Positions 48,526-56,911 of a DNA stretch of 64,000 bases are shown piece by piece. Below the pieces are notes generated by a model, which saw only the letters and a program-made list of their open reading frames with translations, searched no databases and was not told the origin of the DNA. A program made the translations under genes and the position numbers. Source of the stretch: Candidatus Omnitrophota bacterium (lineage in GTDB: Bacteria > Omnitrophota > Gorgyraeia > Zapsychrales > Zapsychraceae); contig JANQMA010000003.1 in the NCBI GenBank assembly GCA_028280285.1, forward strand, positions 8,868 to 72,867, in the 5' to 3' direction. Every line of letters begins with the position of its first letter. Positions within the stretch are counted from its first letter, which is position 1.

Positions 48526-48548
48526 GTACCAGGCACTATTTTCTATTG
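48526..48548. repeat. short near-palindromic hairpin, aatagtaccaggcactatt family
   Basis: aaatagtaccaggcactattttc directly after the mnmG stop. Other copies at 49646-49668 and as a perfect palindrome pair at 61331-61377. Confidence 0.7.
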
Positions 48549-48615
48549 ACTTTAGGCGTATATGTTGTATAATTTACATCGATTGATGTAAAAATTACAA
48601 TAGTGAGGTGCCACA

Positions 48616-49179
48616 ATTAAACTTTTACTTAATACAAAACTAAGAAGAAAGCTCTTCACGTATGCTTTTACTCATCCGGACGAGAGTTTCTATGTAAGAG
48701 AGATAGCTGGTCTTATTGATGAAGATCCTGGGAATCTTTCGCGTGAGCTTAGAAAACTTGAGGCAGAAGGGCTGTTTCAATCAACCGAAAGGGCGAAAGC
48801 CAAATTTTATTCACTTAATAAAGATTATCCCTTGTTTAATGAACTAAAAAAAATAATATTTAAAACGGAGGGGGTAGCCGGCAGCCTTAAAGACATTGTG
48901 AATCAATTTGATGGAATTATGTTGGCTTTTATTCATGGCTCTTATGCTAAAGGAGAAGAAAAAAAAGGTTCGGATGTCGATCTCATTCTTGTTGGTCAGT
49001 TCTCGGAGAATAAAGTCACTAGAGAATTAAGAGATTTAGAATCAAAACTAAATCGGGAAATTAATTTTACTTCGTATACTAAAGAGGAATTTGACAGGGA
49101 AAGCAAAAAAGAGGGAAGCTTTCTTAATGAAACCATAAAAGGAAAAACTATTATTTTAAAAGGTCGTTTGAATGCCTGA
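48616..49179 (+). CDS. winged-helix plus nucleotidyltransferase (MNT) fusion protein, probable non-canonical ATT start
   Basis: Frame opens at 48607 with no ATG/GTG/TTG before the wHTH-like region (FYVREIAGLIDEDPGNLSRELRKLEAEGL). ATT at 48616 lies 5 nt after SD gaggtg. NTase motif GSYAKGEEKKGSDVDLILV. Confidence 0.5.
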   Translation: MKLLLNTKLRRKLFTYAFTHPDESFYVREIAGLIDEDPGNLSRELRKLEAEGLFQSTERAKAKFYSLNKDYPLFNELKKIIFKTEGVAGSLKDIVNQFDGIMLAFIHGSYAKGEEKKGSDVDLILVGQFSENKVTRELRDLESKLNREINFTSYTKEEFDRESKKEGSFLNETIKGKTIILKGRLNA

Positions 49180-49639
49180 TAAATTGATACAAAGGTTAAA
49201 AAAAGAAGGTAAACTGAGACAACAAAACGCCGGACTTATTCAGGTCGAGGCTTTATTAAAACAGGCAATTATTGATTTAAATGAGGCAAAGAAAGTTGCT
49301 GCAATTGCCGAACGGGCAACATACCTGCTTGCCTACATGGCCATGCTTAAAGCGGGAAGAGCACTTCTTCTTTGGAAAGGATATGTTCCCAGCAACGGAG
49401 CTCAGCACAAAACGGTTGTTGAGGTGACACATATTATTTTGGGTGATCAGTATCGTGATTTGACGGAACAGTTTGAAACCATGCGTAGAAAACGCAATGA
49501 AATGACATACGAAGCAGGCGGGCTTTTATCGATGTCAGAATCAAAAAAAGCTTTTAACGATGCCATTTCTTTGGTTAAGCAAATCCTTAACGAAGTAAAA
49601 TCCAAAAATCCGCAGCTTGAGTTGGATTTTGACCTGTGA
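49172..49639 (+). CDS. HEPN-like domain protein, partner of the nucleotidyltransferase
   Basis: Overlaps the MNT stop by 8 nt. Helical ~155 aa. Canonical Rx4-6H motif not obvious (RRKRNEMTYE). Confidence 0.45.
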   Translation: MPDKLIQRLKKEGKLRQQNAGLIQVEALLKQAIIDLNEAKKVAAIAERATYLLAYMAMLKAGRALLLWKGYVPSNGAQHKTVVEVTHIILGDQYRDLTEQFETMRRKRNEMTYEAGGLLSMSESKKAFNDAISLVKQILNEVKSKNPQLELDFDL

Positions 49640-49645
49640 ATAGGT

Positions 49646-49668
49646 AAATAGTACCTGGCACTATTTTA
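49646..49668. repeat. short near-palindromic hairpin, aatagtacctggcactatt family
   Basis: taaatagtacctggcactatttta after the HEPN stop. Confidence 0.7.
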
Positions 49669-49707
49669 GATGTATACCTTGCGTTAAACCGGGGTCTTCC
49701 AATCTTC

Positions 49708-49737
49708 TTGACAATTTTTTAAAGCTAATGGTATAAT
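49708..49737 (+). promoter_or_regulatory. sigma70-type promoter for cysK
   Basis: TTGACA (49708-49713), 18-nt spacer, TG-n-TATAAT (49729-49737). About 80-nt leader containing a hairpin. Confidence 0.55.
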
Positions 49738-49816
49738 CCCTATCACCTTTGAGGAAACGTCTAAGGCGTTGATTTGCAGTGTTTTTTATTCTTAATCAAA
49801 TTATGGGAGGTCAGAT

Positions 49817-50779
49817 ATGGGCCCAGCGGGAACGGAGAGTAAATTGAAAATCGCGAGTGACATTACAGAATTAATCGGAAATACACCTCTAGTCAGGCTA
49901 AATAAAGTGACCGAAGGCTGCCACGCCGAAGTCGTAGCCAAGCTGGAGTTTTTTAATCCCCTTGGATCGGTCAAAGACCGTATCGGATTTGCCATGATCG
50001 ATGCGGCTGAGAAGGACGGGAAGATCGACAAAGAAAAGACAACTATTGTAGAGCCAACGTCAGGAAACACCGGAATCGCGTTGGCTTTTGTTTGTGCGGT
50101 TAAAGGCTATAAATGTACGCTCACAATGCCTGAGACCATGAGCTTGGAACGCCGTTCGCTTCTAAAAGCGCTTGGGGCGAACCTCGTGCTGACACCTGGC
50201 GCCGAAGGCATGAAAGGCGCGATCAACAAGGCGAATGAACTGGCCGAAAGTGATGCGAACTATTTTATTCCTCAGCAATTTGACAATCCGGCCAACCCGG
50301 AAATTCACCGTAACACAACAGCGGAAGAAATCTGGAATGACACAGAAGGTAAGGCGGATATCCTTATCTCAGGTGTGGGAACCGGTGGAACGCTGACCGG
50401 TGTTTCGGAAGTGATTAAATCCCGCAAGCCTGAATTTAAGACAATCGCGGTTGAGCCAAAAGGTTCGCCTGTGCTATCAGGAGGCGATCCAGGTCCACAC
50501 AAGATTCAGGGTATCGGAGCCGGATTTGTTCCGGGCAACTGTAATCAAGATATGATTGACGAGGTTGTTCAGGTCGATAATGATGAGGCATTCGCCATGG
50601 CCCAGCGCGTGATGAAAGAAGAAGGCATTCTGTGCGGTATTTCATCCGGCGCGGCCGTTAAGGCAGCGGTTGAAGTAGGGAAAAGAGAAGAAAACAAAGG
50701 CAAACTTATTGTTGCGGTTATTCCAAGCACGGGAGAACGCTACTTAAGTACAGACCTTTTTGCCGAATATAGAAGTTAG
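49817..50779 (+). CDS. cysK: cysteine synthase A (O-acetylserine sulfhydrylase)
   Basis: [10 protein letters not shown] (PLP lysine) and [10 protein letters not shown] motifs. Confidence 0.85.
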   Translation: MGPAGTESKLKIASDITELIGNTPLVRLNKVTEGCHAEVVAKLEFFNPLGSVKDRIGFAMIDAAEKDGKIDKEKTTIVEPTSGNTGIALAFVCAVKGYKCTLTMPETMSLERRSLLKALGANLVLTPGAEGMKGAINKANELAESDANYFIPQQFDNPANPEIHRNTTAEEIWNDTEGKADILISGVGTGGTLTGVSEVIKSRKPEFKTIAVEPKGSPVLSGGDPGPHKIQGIGAGFVPGNCNQDMIDEVVQVDNDEAFAMAQRVMKEEGILCGISSGAAVKAAVEVGKREENKGKLIVAVIPSTGERYLSTDLFAEYRS

Positions 50780-50820
50780 CAATAACTTCTTCCACCCGCC
50801 CGATCGGGTTTAAGGGGATA

Positions 50821-50858
50821 AGTTTATCATGAACTTATCCCCTTTTCATTTTTAGCGT
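50821..50858 (+). terminator. rho-independent terminator after cysK
   Basis: aaggggataagtt..aacttatcccctt followed by tttcatttt. Confidence 0.65.
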
Positions 50859-50860
50859 TT

Positions 50861-50953
50861 AGCGTACGGCGTATAGCGTTTAGTTAATAATTAAAGATAA
50901 TAACTGATTACTTTCTCATCGCTAAACGCTATTCGCTATACGCTGGATAAAAT
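50861..50953. repeat. degenerate inverted repeat, agcgtatagcg family
   Basis: ttagcgtttagcgtacggcgtatagcgtttag..ctaaacgctattcgctatacgctgg. Confidence 0.8.
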
Positions 50954-50955
50954 TT

Positions 50956-51681
50956 ATGAAAAGTTCACTCTTCAAATTCCTTATCCTTGTTGGCATTATT
51001 GCGCTCGGCATCGTGCTTGGGCGTTTTTTTAACGTCACGCTTGATGATGTTCGCTCCTTTTTCACTCAATTTCCGATTATTGTATCGGGCATTGTCTTTG
51101 TTCTTCTTTATGTTGTTGCGACGACATTTATTTTGTTTGGGCCTAAAGATATATTGCGTACAGCGGCAGCATTCATTTTTGGGCCGTATGTGAGTACGGC
51201 GTTTGTTTGGATAGGAGAAGTGTGCAATGCGGTTATTTTGTTTTCGATCAGTCGTAGTTTGGGGCGTGAATATGTGCAGGCGAAATTTAATCTAAAAAGT
51301 GAGACGATTGAAGGGGTTCAACATCAAGGGATGAGCGCCTTTGGCATTTTTGTTCTGCGGATTAATCCGTTGATTCCGTTTCGTTTGATGGATTTATCGT
51401 TCGGCCTAAGCCGTGTGGATTTGAAAAAATATATTTCGGTCTGTGTTATCGGATCTATTCCGCGTATTTTTTGGCTGCAGTATATTATTCATGGTGTCGG
51501 GGCAAATATGTTTAAGGATATGGCGTCTGTGCAGCAGTATTTGCTCGATAATAGAGCTGTTCTTCTTTATAGCCTTACCTATTTTCTTCTCATTATTGTT
51601 TTGTCTTTGGCAGCGTTTATTGCAAGCCTCATCAGAAAAGCTAGACTTAAAAAATCAGCAAGTCATAACAAGGGGTGTTAG
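50956..51681 (+). CDS. TVP38/TMEM64 (DedA/SNARE-associated) family membrane protein
   Basis: Multi-TM with RINPLIPFRLMDLSFGLSRV, the characteristic re-entrant loop motif. Confidence 0.65.
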   Translation: MKSSLFKFLILVGIIALGIVLGRFFNVTLDDVRSFFTQFPIIVSGIVFVLLYVVATTFILFGPKDILRTAAAFIFGPYVSTAFVWIGEVCNAVILFSISRSLGREYVQAKFNLKSETIEGVQHQGMSAFGIFVLRINPLIPFRLMDLSFGLSRVDLKKYISVCVIGSIPRIFWLQYIIHGVGANMFKDMASVQQYLLDNRAVLLYSLTYFLLIIVLSLAAFIASLIRKARLKKSASHNKGC

Positions 51682-51737
51682 GTTTTAGGTGTTGGGTGTT
51701 ATGTACTAAAACCCAAAATCTTACACCTAACACCTCG
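51673..51737. repeat. degenerate inverted repeat, gtgttagg family
   Basis: ggggtgttaggttttaggtgttgggtgttatgtac / taaaacccaaaatcttacacctaacacctc. Confidence 0.8.
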
Positions 51738-52362
51738 AATCACGATTTATATCTATTTCAAGGGTAAGGTCGAGAATGATCTCTGCCATCATGGCCGCGC
51801 AAGCGGTGACACGCGGCGCCAGCGGCGGATGGCCGAGCGCGCTGTCAGTCGACTGATCACCCACCATATAAATATTGCCAATCTTTTTAAAGCGCATGGG
51901 TTCTTTGGTTTCAAGCCCGGCCATGCCGCTTCCGGATATGACAGGTTTTCCTTTTGACTGGTAGTATTCGACAAATTCAAATTTAAAGTCCGCTTGATCG
52001 AAAGCCTCGACATAAAAATCGCAGTCTTCAAAGTATTCTTCTGCGTTTTGCGGTGTCCAGGTTGTTTTATGCGTGATGACGTTTAGATCGGGATTGATTT
52101 GAAGAAGCCTGTCGGCAAGCGTGATGACTTTTGTCTGACCGATCTCGCTTAAATAATATTGTTGTCTGTTGAGATTAGACGCATCGATGTCATCTTGATC
52201 GATAATTTCAATATGGGCGAATCCTGTACGCACCAGCATCATCGCGACATTCGATCCCAATCCACCGGCACCGCCAATACCGACTTTTTTGGATTGGATT
52301 TGATCCAGCTGCGCTTTACTTAAATATTTGAGGAGTCCTTTTTCAAAGGCGTTCATGGGCAA
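51727..52362 (-). CDS. thiF: ThiF/MoeB-family E1-like adenylyltransferase
   Basis: KKVGIGGAGGLGSNVAMMLVRTGF nucleotide-binding motif. 211 aa. Confidence 0.7.
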   Translation of the reverse strand: MPMNAFEKGLLKYLSKAQLDQIQSKKVGIGGAGGLGSNVAMMLVRTGFAHIEIIDQDDIDASNLNRQQYYLSEIGQTKVITLADRLLQINPDLNVITHKTTWTPQNAEEYFEDCDFYVEAFDQADFKFEFVEYYQSKGKPVISGSGMAGLETKEPMRFKKIGNIYMVGDQSTDSALGHPPLAPRVTACAAMMAEIILDLTLEIDINRDSRC

Positions 52363-52476
52363 TTTGTCCTTTTGGATGATATTGTACCTTTTGTCGCAAC
52401 AATAATCAAATGGTAGTTTTACGATAATATATATTAAATATATTGAAAAAATGTATATATATGGTATATTTTAAGT

Positions 52477-52746
52477 ATGAAATTTGAATACGATCCTAAA
52501 AAGTCTCTAGGTAATAAAGAAAAGCATGGGGTTGATTTTGAAGAGGCTCAACTAATCTGGATGTCCAGCTATGTGATTTTGCCTGCTAAAGTAACGGGTG
52601 AGCCGCGTTTTATGATTATTGGGCGTATAGTAACAGATATATATTCGTGTATTTTTACGCTGCGTCACGAAAAGGTTATTCGTATTATTTCGTGCCGGCG
52701 CAGCCGCACAGAAGAAAGGAAGGTTTACTATGAAAAAATCAAATAA
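52477..52746 (+). CDS. brnT: BrnT-family toxin (DUF497 ribonuclease)
   Basis: MKFEYDPKKSLGNKEKHGVDFEEAQLIW and RIISCRRSRTEERKVY match the BrnT pattern. Confidence 0.75.
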   Translation: MKFEYDPKKSLGNKEKHGVDFEEAQLIWMSSYVILPAKVTGEPRFMIIGRIVTDIYSCIFTLRHEKVIRIISCRRSRTEERKVYYEKIK

Positions 52747-52975
52747 GGCTACTACTTCCAAAAAATTTGATGAACAATTTGATTCGGGTGAGTCTGTTTT
52801 GGATTATTTAGATGTCAAAAAGGCGGCCGTACGTAAAAATTTGCAGAGGATTAATATTGATTTTCCTGTAGAGTTTTTGCGTCGTATTGATAATGAGGCG
52901 ACAAAAATCGGTGTTGCGCGTACAGCTTTAATTAAGATGTGGTTAGCCGAAAAGCTTCAGCATATTAATAATTAA
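52730..52975 (+). CDS. brnA: BrnA-family antitoxin (RHH/CopG-like)
   Basis: Overlaps brnT by 17 nt. INIDFPVEFLRRIDNEATKIGVARTALIKMWLAEKL. Confidence 0.7.
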   Translation: MKKSNKATTSKKFDEQFDSGESVLDYLDVKKAAVRKNLQRINIDFPVEFLRRIDNEATKIGVARTALIKMWLAEKLQHINN

Positions 52976-52979
52976 AAAA

Positions 52980-53160
52980 TGAAAAAGTAAAATTAAGAAA
53001 TAAAATTTAAAATTGAGAAAAAATGAAAAATAAAAGGTATTTGGTAATTGGTAGTTAGTAATTGGATTTTCGTAACATAAACTAATTACAAATTACTAAA
53101 TACTAAATAAACTTTTTCATTTTCTTTTTTACTTTTGACTTCTTAATTTTGAATTAATTA
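52980..53160. repeat. ~180-bp AT-rich degenerate inverted repeat (aaaatgaaaaag / gtaattgg words)
   Basis: aatgaaaaagtaaaattaagaaataaaatttaaaattgag..ggtaattggtagttagtaattgg // ctaattacaaattactaaatactaaat..ctttttcattttcttttttacttttgacttcttaattttgaa. Confidence 0.7.
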
Positions 53161-54180
53161 AGCATATTCATTTTTGATTCTTCGCCAGTCGGTTAAAACA
53201 GGATCAAAGTTTTTTATTTTTAACATCTCTACAATTTTCTTCATCGGACGTTTATCGGCAATATCAAATTGGGGGGCCTGATCTTCCTGATCAAGCAGAG
53301 TGTAGCCACCAACGGATGTGTTGCTGCCCGCCGACATACGCGTGATACCGAGCTCCAAAATATTGTTGCGGATGGCCTCGGGCTCACGCGTGGAAAGATT
53401 AATCCCGACACGCGGGAAAAGTGTGCGTGTCAGACAAATAATTTTAACGAACGTGATATCATCGACAACGGCGCTCCCTTCGAAGACTTCGCCTTTAATC
53501 GGTTTAAACCTGGGGAAAGACAAGCTGTACTCCACACCCGGATAATTTTTTTCCATAAAACGCAAATGTGCATAAAGTTCGTTTAGGTCCTCGGCAATGT
53601 TGGGCGAAAGGCCTAGCAGTATGCCCATGGATATATGCCTTAGTCCTGCGCGGGCAGCTCTTTCGGGCGTATGATAACGAAAATCATAATCAGCCTTTGT
53701 GCCTGAAAGATGAACTTCCTTATACCGCGTGCGGTCATACGTTTCCTGATAAACGGTAATACCGTCGACACCGGATTCAAACAGTTCTTTATACTCATTC
53801 TCGTGCATAGGGTGGACTTCCAAGGAAATAGAAGGGAAGTAGTTGCGGGCGACGGACACCGCCTCTTTCAAATACGAAACGGGAGTTACTTTATATGATT
53901 CGCCGGTCAAAAGTAAAATGTTCTCAATGCCTTCATCGGCAATGTATTTCATCTCTTGATGCATCTGTTCGTCGGTTAACTTGAATCGTTTAATACGATT
54001 TTTGCTTTTAAAGCCGCAGTAGGTGCATTCACTTGAACAGAAGTTAGAAAGGTACAGCGGCGCATATAAAGATATGGTCCGCCCGAAAAATTGTTCTTTT
54101 AAGGTCTTGGCACGCGCAGCAAGTTGTTCAAGCTCTTCGGGGGAGTTGTTCGATAAGGTTTTTTGAATTTCGTTAAGCAT
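53158..54180 (-). CDS. thiH: 2-iminoacetate synthase ThiH (radical SAM tyrosine lyase)
   Basis: CSSECTYCGF radical-SAM CxxxCxxC. 340 aa. Confidence 0.8.
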   Translation of the reverse strand: MLNEIQKTLSNNSPEELEQLAARAKTLKEQFFGRTISLYAPLYLSNFCSSECTYCGFKSKNRIKRFKLTDEQMHQEMKYIADEGIENILLLTGESYKVTPVSYLKEAVSVARNYFPSISLEVHPMHENEYKELFESGVDGITVYQETYDRTRYKEVHLSGTKADYDFRYHTPERAARAGLRHISMGILLGLSPNIAEDLNELYAHLRFMEKNYPGVEYSLSFPRFKPIKGEVFEGSAVVDDITFVKIICLTRTLFPRVGINLSTREPEAIRNNILELGITRMSAGSNTSVGGYTLLDQEDQAPQFDIADKRPMKKIVEMLKIKNFDPVLTDWRRIKNEYA

Positions 54181-54700
54181 TAGTCTCTTTGATGGGCTTA
54201 AGTGTTACCTTGCAATGTTCCGCCGGAAACATATAAGTCCAAAACCGTTCGTATTCCATGGGAAAACGGTTAAACAGTTTGTGCAGTCCCAAAAAACGGA
54301 AGCGTCTGTGAAAGGTTACCTCTTTTTTGATGCATTCAAATTTTTTACCCTTAAGCCAGAGATTTTTACCATCGGCAATATAGCCTTCAAAGGCAAATGA
54401 GTTAAAAAACAATTTATGTTCCGGGACATTCGCGCACCACGATGTGTGATGGGGTACTTCAATATACACAGTTCCTTCAGGGTGACATATGCGATGCAGT
54501 TCATCCATTACCGGGGGAAGGTCATCAAGATGCTCAAGGACATGGTGGCAGATAATTTCTTTGAATTGATTATCCTCAAACGGATAAGGCGTCATGTTAA
54601 GATTGTGCACAACATCCGGATTATGCGTCGGGTCTATGTCGACCGTAATAGCATCGTTATGTTCTTTTCCGGCGTGGCCGAGAACCAGTTTGTCTTTCAT
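54173..54700 (-). CDS. class I SAM-dependent methyltransferase-like protein
   Basis: [60 protein letters not shown] (MTase motifs I, post-I, II, III). Embedded between thiG and thiH. Confidence 0.5.
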   Translation of the reverse strand: MKDKLVLGHAGKEHNDAITVDIDPTHNPDVVHNLNMTPYPFEDNQFKEIICHHVLEHLDDLPPVMDELHRICHPEGTVYIEVPHHTSWCANVPEHKLFFNSFAFEGYIADGKNLWLKGKKFECIKKEVTFHRRFRFLGLHKLFNRFPMEYERFWTYMFPAEHCKVTLKPIKETNA

Positions 54701-55497
54701 GAATCGTATAAAAATCCTGTTAGCGGTGATGAGGCACTGGCAATATCTTTTTGATGAGGCAGATTGCTTAAATAGCCGAGACGTCCTGCCTTAACCGCAA
54801 GGGAAAAGGCGTGGGCAAGCGCCGCGGGATTGCCTGCCGTGGCAACAGCGGTGTTGGCCAAAACAGCGTCGGCCCCCATCTCCATGGCCTCGGCGGCATG
54901 TGAAGGCGCACCGATCCCGGCATCGACAACGATCGGAATATCGACTTCATTAATTAATACCTGAATCAATTCTTTGGTTTTAATGCCTTTATTGGTGCCG
55001 ATCATAGAACCGAGCGGCATAACGGTGGCAGCCCCGGCTTTAACAAGCGCACGGGCCACATACAAATCAGGACTGACATAAGGCAGGACGACAAAACCTT
55101 CCTTAACTAAAATTTCCGTCGCTTTGATGGTTTCTTCATTATCAGGCAATAGATATTTTGAATCATTAATGACTTCGATTTTAACCCAATTGCCGCAGCC
55201 GGCCTCACGCGCCAAACGTGCGATGCGCACAGCCTCACGGGCATTGCGTGCGCCCGAGGTATTTGTTAAAAGTGTAACGCCTTGGGGAATATATTCGAGA
55301 ATATTTTCTTCGTGATGTTCAATATCGATACGGCGCAAGGCAACAGTGACAATCTCTGTACCGCTTGCTTCGATGGAAGCGGCAACATCAGCCTTGTTTT
55401 TAAATTTACCGGTACCGAGCATAAAGCGGTTGGCGAATGTTTTATCACCGATAACAAGTGGTGTATCTTGGATTGTTTGTTGTGTGGTTATATTCAT
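54697..55497 (-). CDS. thiG: thiazole synthase
   Basis: [59 protein letters not shown]. Confidence 0.9.
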   Translation of the reverse strand: MNITTQQTIQDTPLVIGDKTFANRFMLGTGKFKNKADVAASIEASGTEIVTVALRRIDIEHHEENILEYIPQGVTLLTNTSGARNAREAVRIARLAREAGCGNWVKIEVINDSKYLLPDNEETIKATEILVKEGFVVLPYVSPDLYVARALVKAGAATVMPLGSMIGTNKGIKTKELIQVLINEVDIPIVVDAGIGAPSHAAEAMEMGADAVLANTAVATAGNPAALAHAFSLAVKAGRLGYLSNLPHQKDIASASSPLTGFLYDS

Positions 55498-55500
55498 AAT

Positions 55501-55572
55501 TAGCGTACAGCGTTTAGCGTTTAGCGTTTAGAACAGTTTCTAGACGCTATACGCTTAACGCTAGTTACTAGC
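55501..55572. repeat. degenerate inverted repeat, agcgtatagcg family, located between thiS and thiG
   Basis: ttagcgtacagcgtttagcgtttagcgtttag..ctagacgctatacgcttaacgctag. Confidence 0.8.
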
Positions 55573-55772
55573 TAGCCTCCACCGACAAATGTGACTAATT
55601 CGATTTCATCGCCATCACTTATGACTGTCTCATCCCATGTCTCTTTTTTAACGATATTGCCGTTGATTTCTGCGATGATACGTTTATTGCCTGCACTAAC
55701 CTCATCAATAAGTTGGCTTAAGGAAAGATTGTCGGTGAAATCTTTGTTTTGTCCGTTAAGTGTTATTTTCAT
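55572..55772 (-). CDS. thiS: sulfur carrier protein ThiS
   Basis: 66 aa ending in GG. MKITLNGQ..DGDEIELVTFVGGG. Confidence 0.75.
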   Translation of the reverse strand: MKITLNGQNKDFTDNLSLSQLIDEVSAGNKRIIAEINGNIVKKETWDETVISDGDEIELVTFVGGG

Positions 55773-55824
55773 TGGTCAGTTATATTAGAATAATTCCTCG
55801 GAAAAATCAATGATTAAGGCGGGG

Positions 55825-56463
55825 TCATGATAATTCTTCCTCCACCGCTGGCGATAGGAAAAACGCAATAGGTGCTGCTGTAAACAGTAGGAAAATAAAG
55901 AAACTTGATATTATAAGAGTAGGGACGGCATTTTCACGGATAGCTAGCTCCGGTGAACGGTATGATTCGACGTTTATGTAGCCTAATAAGTTATTCAGAT
56001 CTATGGCGACGCTTTCGAGAAAATTAATGTGTCCGATTGTGATGAACATCAGGTAGGCATAAAAGACAGGCCAGAGGCAGGCCGCGCCGATACCGATTTT
56101 TTTAGACCAGTATTTTAGCCTAAGCGTACCGATGCCGGCACCTATATAGAGAGCTCCGATAATCAGCGCTAGGGCGCTAAAAATATAAGGTGTCATGCGT
56201 GTTTGTGTCAGATAAATGTCACTGTATCCGGAAATGCGGTCCTCAAATTTTTTTAGATTCTTTTCAAACTCTTCTTTTTGAGTGGGATCTTGGAGTTTAT
56301 TTTGGGTGTATTCTGTAGCAACGTGAAAAACGGCTTGCTTTCCTGTTTGATAGGATTGAATGGCGAGCTGTCTTTCCATTGTCGGAATTGTTCCGCCGGC
56401 AAACATGTTAAGTCCCATGATAATGAGAAGCCCGGCGAAAGTGCGTATGGCGATGATTTTCAT
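55825..56463 (-). CDS. membrane protein of unknown function
   Basis: Internal start MKIIAIRTFAGLLIIMGL. About 5 hydrophobic helices. Confidence 0.4.
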   Translation of the reverse strand: MKIIAIRTFAGLLIIMGLNMFAGGTIPTMERQLAIQSYQTGKQAVFHVATEYTQNKLQDPTQKEEFEKNLKKFEDRISGYSDIYLTQTRMTPYIFSALALIIGALYIGAGIGTLRLKYWSKKIGIGAACLWPVFYAYLMFITIGHINFLESVAIDLNNLLGYINVESYRSPELAIRENAVPTLIISSFFIFLLFTAAPIAFFLSPAVEEELS

Positions 56464-56483
56464 AGCTAAGAGTTTAGCATAAG

Positions 56484-56562
56484 TAGTGGTCAGTGACCAG
56501 TGCTCAGTGATCAGAAACCATGGGCTACGACCACTGATCACCGATCACTGAGCACTCTTTCC
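56484..56562. repeat. degenerate inverted repeat, ggtcagtg family, in a divergent intergenic region
   Basis: tagtggtcagtgaccagtgctcagtgatcag..ctacgaccactgatcaccgatcactgagcactc. Confidence 0.8.
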
Positions 56563-56600
56563 ATTTTACCTATCACGATATTCATGCCATAATACTTCCC

Positions 56601-56801
56601 ATGCAAGATCCTTACATATGCCCCCACTGTCAAAAGCCTATCTATGATGAAGATGCCCTCCTCTGCCATTTTTGCGGGGAGAGTCTAAACCGCTCTTCTA
56701 AAGATGTCCTTGGTAAAATCCGTTATGGCGACAGCCGCCTCTGGTTGTATTTGGTAGGTGCGATTGTCCTGGTTGCGTTTATTAGCCTACTTGTGTTCTA
56801 G
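56601..56801 (+). CDS. small zinc-ribbon protein with C-terminal TM helix
   Basis: CPHCQKPIY..CHFCGESL. C-terminal LYLVGAIVLVAFISLLVF. Confidence 0.4.
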   Translation: MQDPYICPHCQKPIYDEDALLCHFCGESLNRSSKDVLGKIRYGDSRLWLYLVGAIVLVAFISLLVF

Positions 56802-56849
56802 GAATTTGCTGGAAAAATGGTGCTATTTGGTGTATAACGGTGCCATCAC

Positions 56850-56895
56850 AACCTACGAGGTTACGATAGGAAATTCCTATTAAACCTCGTAGGTT
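56850..56895 (+). promoter_or_regulatory. nested palindrome in the leuS 5' leader
   Basis: aacctacgaggtt acg ataggaaattcctat taa aacctcgtaggtt: 13-bp outer stem enclosing a 6-bp inner palindrome, 17 nt before the leuS ATG. Confidence 0.4.
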
Positions 56896-56911
56896 AAATC
56901 GGCAAGAAACT

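Noticed and set aside
55773-55824. Expected TPP riboswitch upstream of thiS
   Set aside because: Only ~50 nt of intergenic sequence with no CUGAGA core; nothing riboswitch-like by eye.
56823-56911. T-box leader upstream of leuS
   Set aside because: No conserved T-box sequence (AATTAGGGTGGNACCGCG) or specifier-loop architecture; only a nested palindrome.
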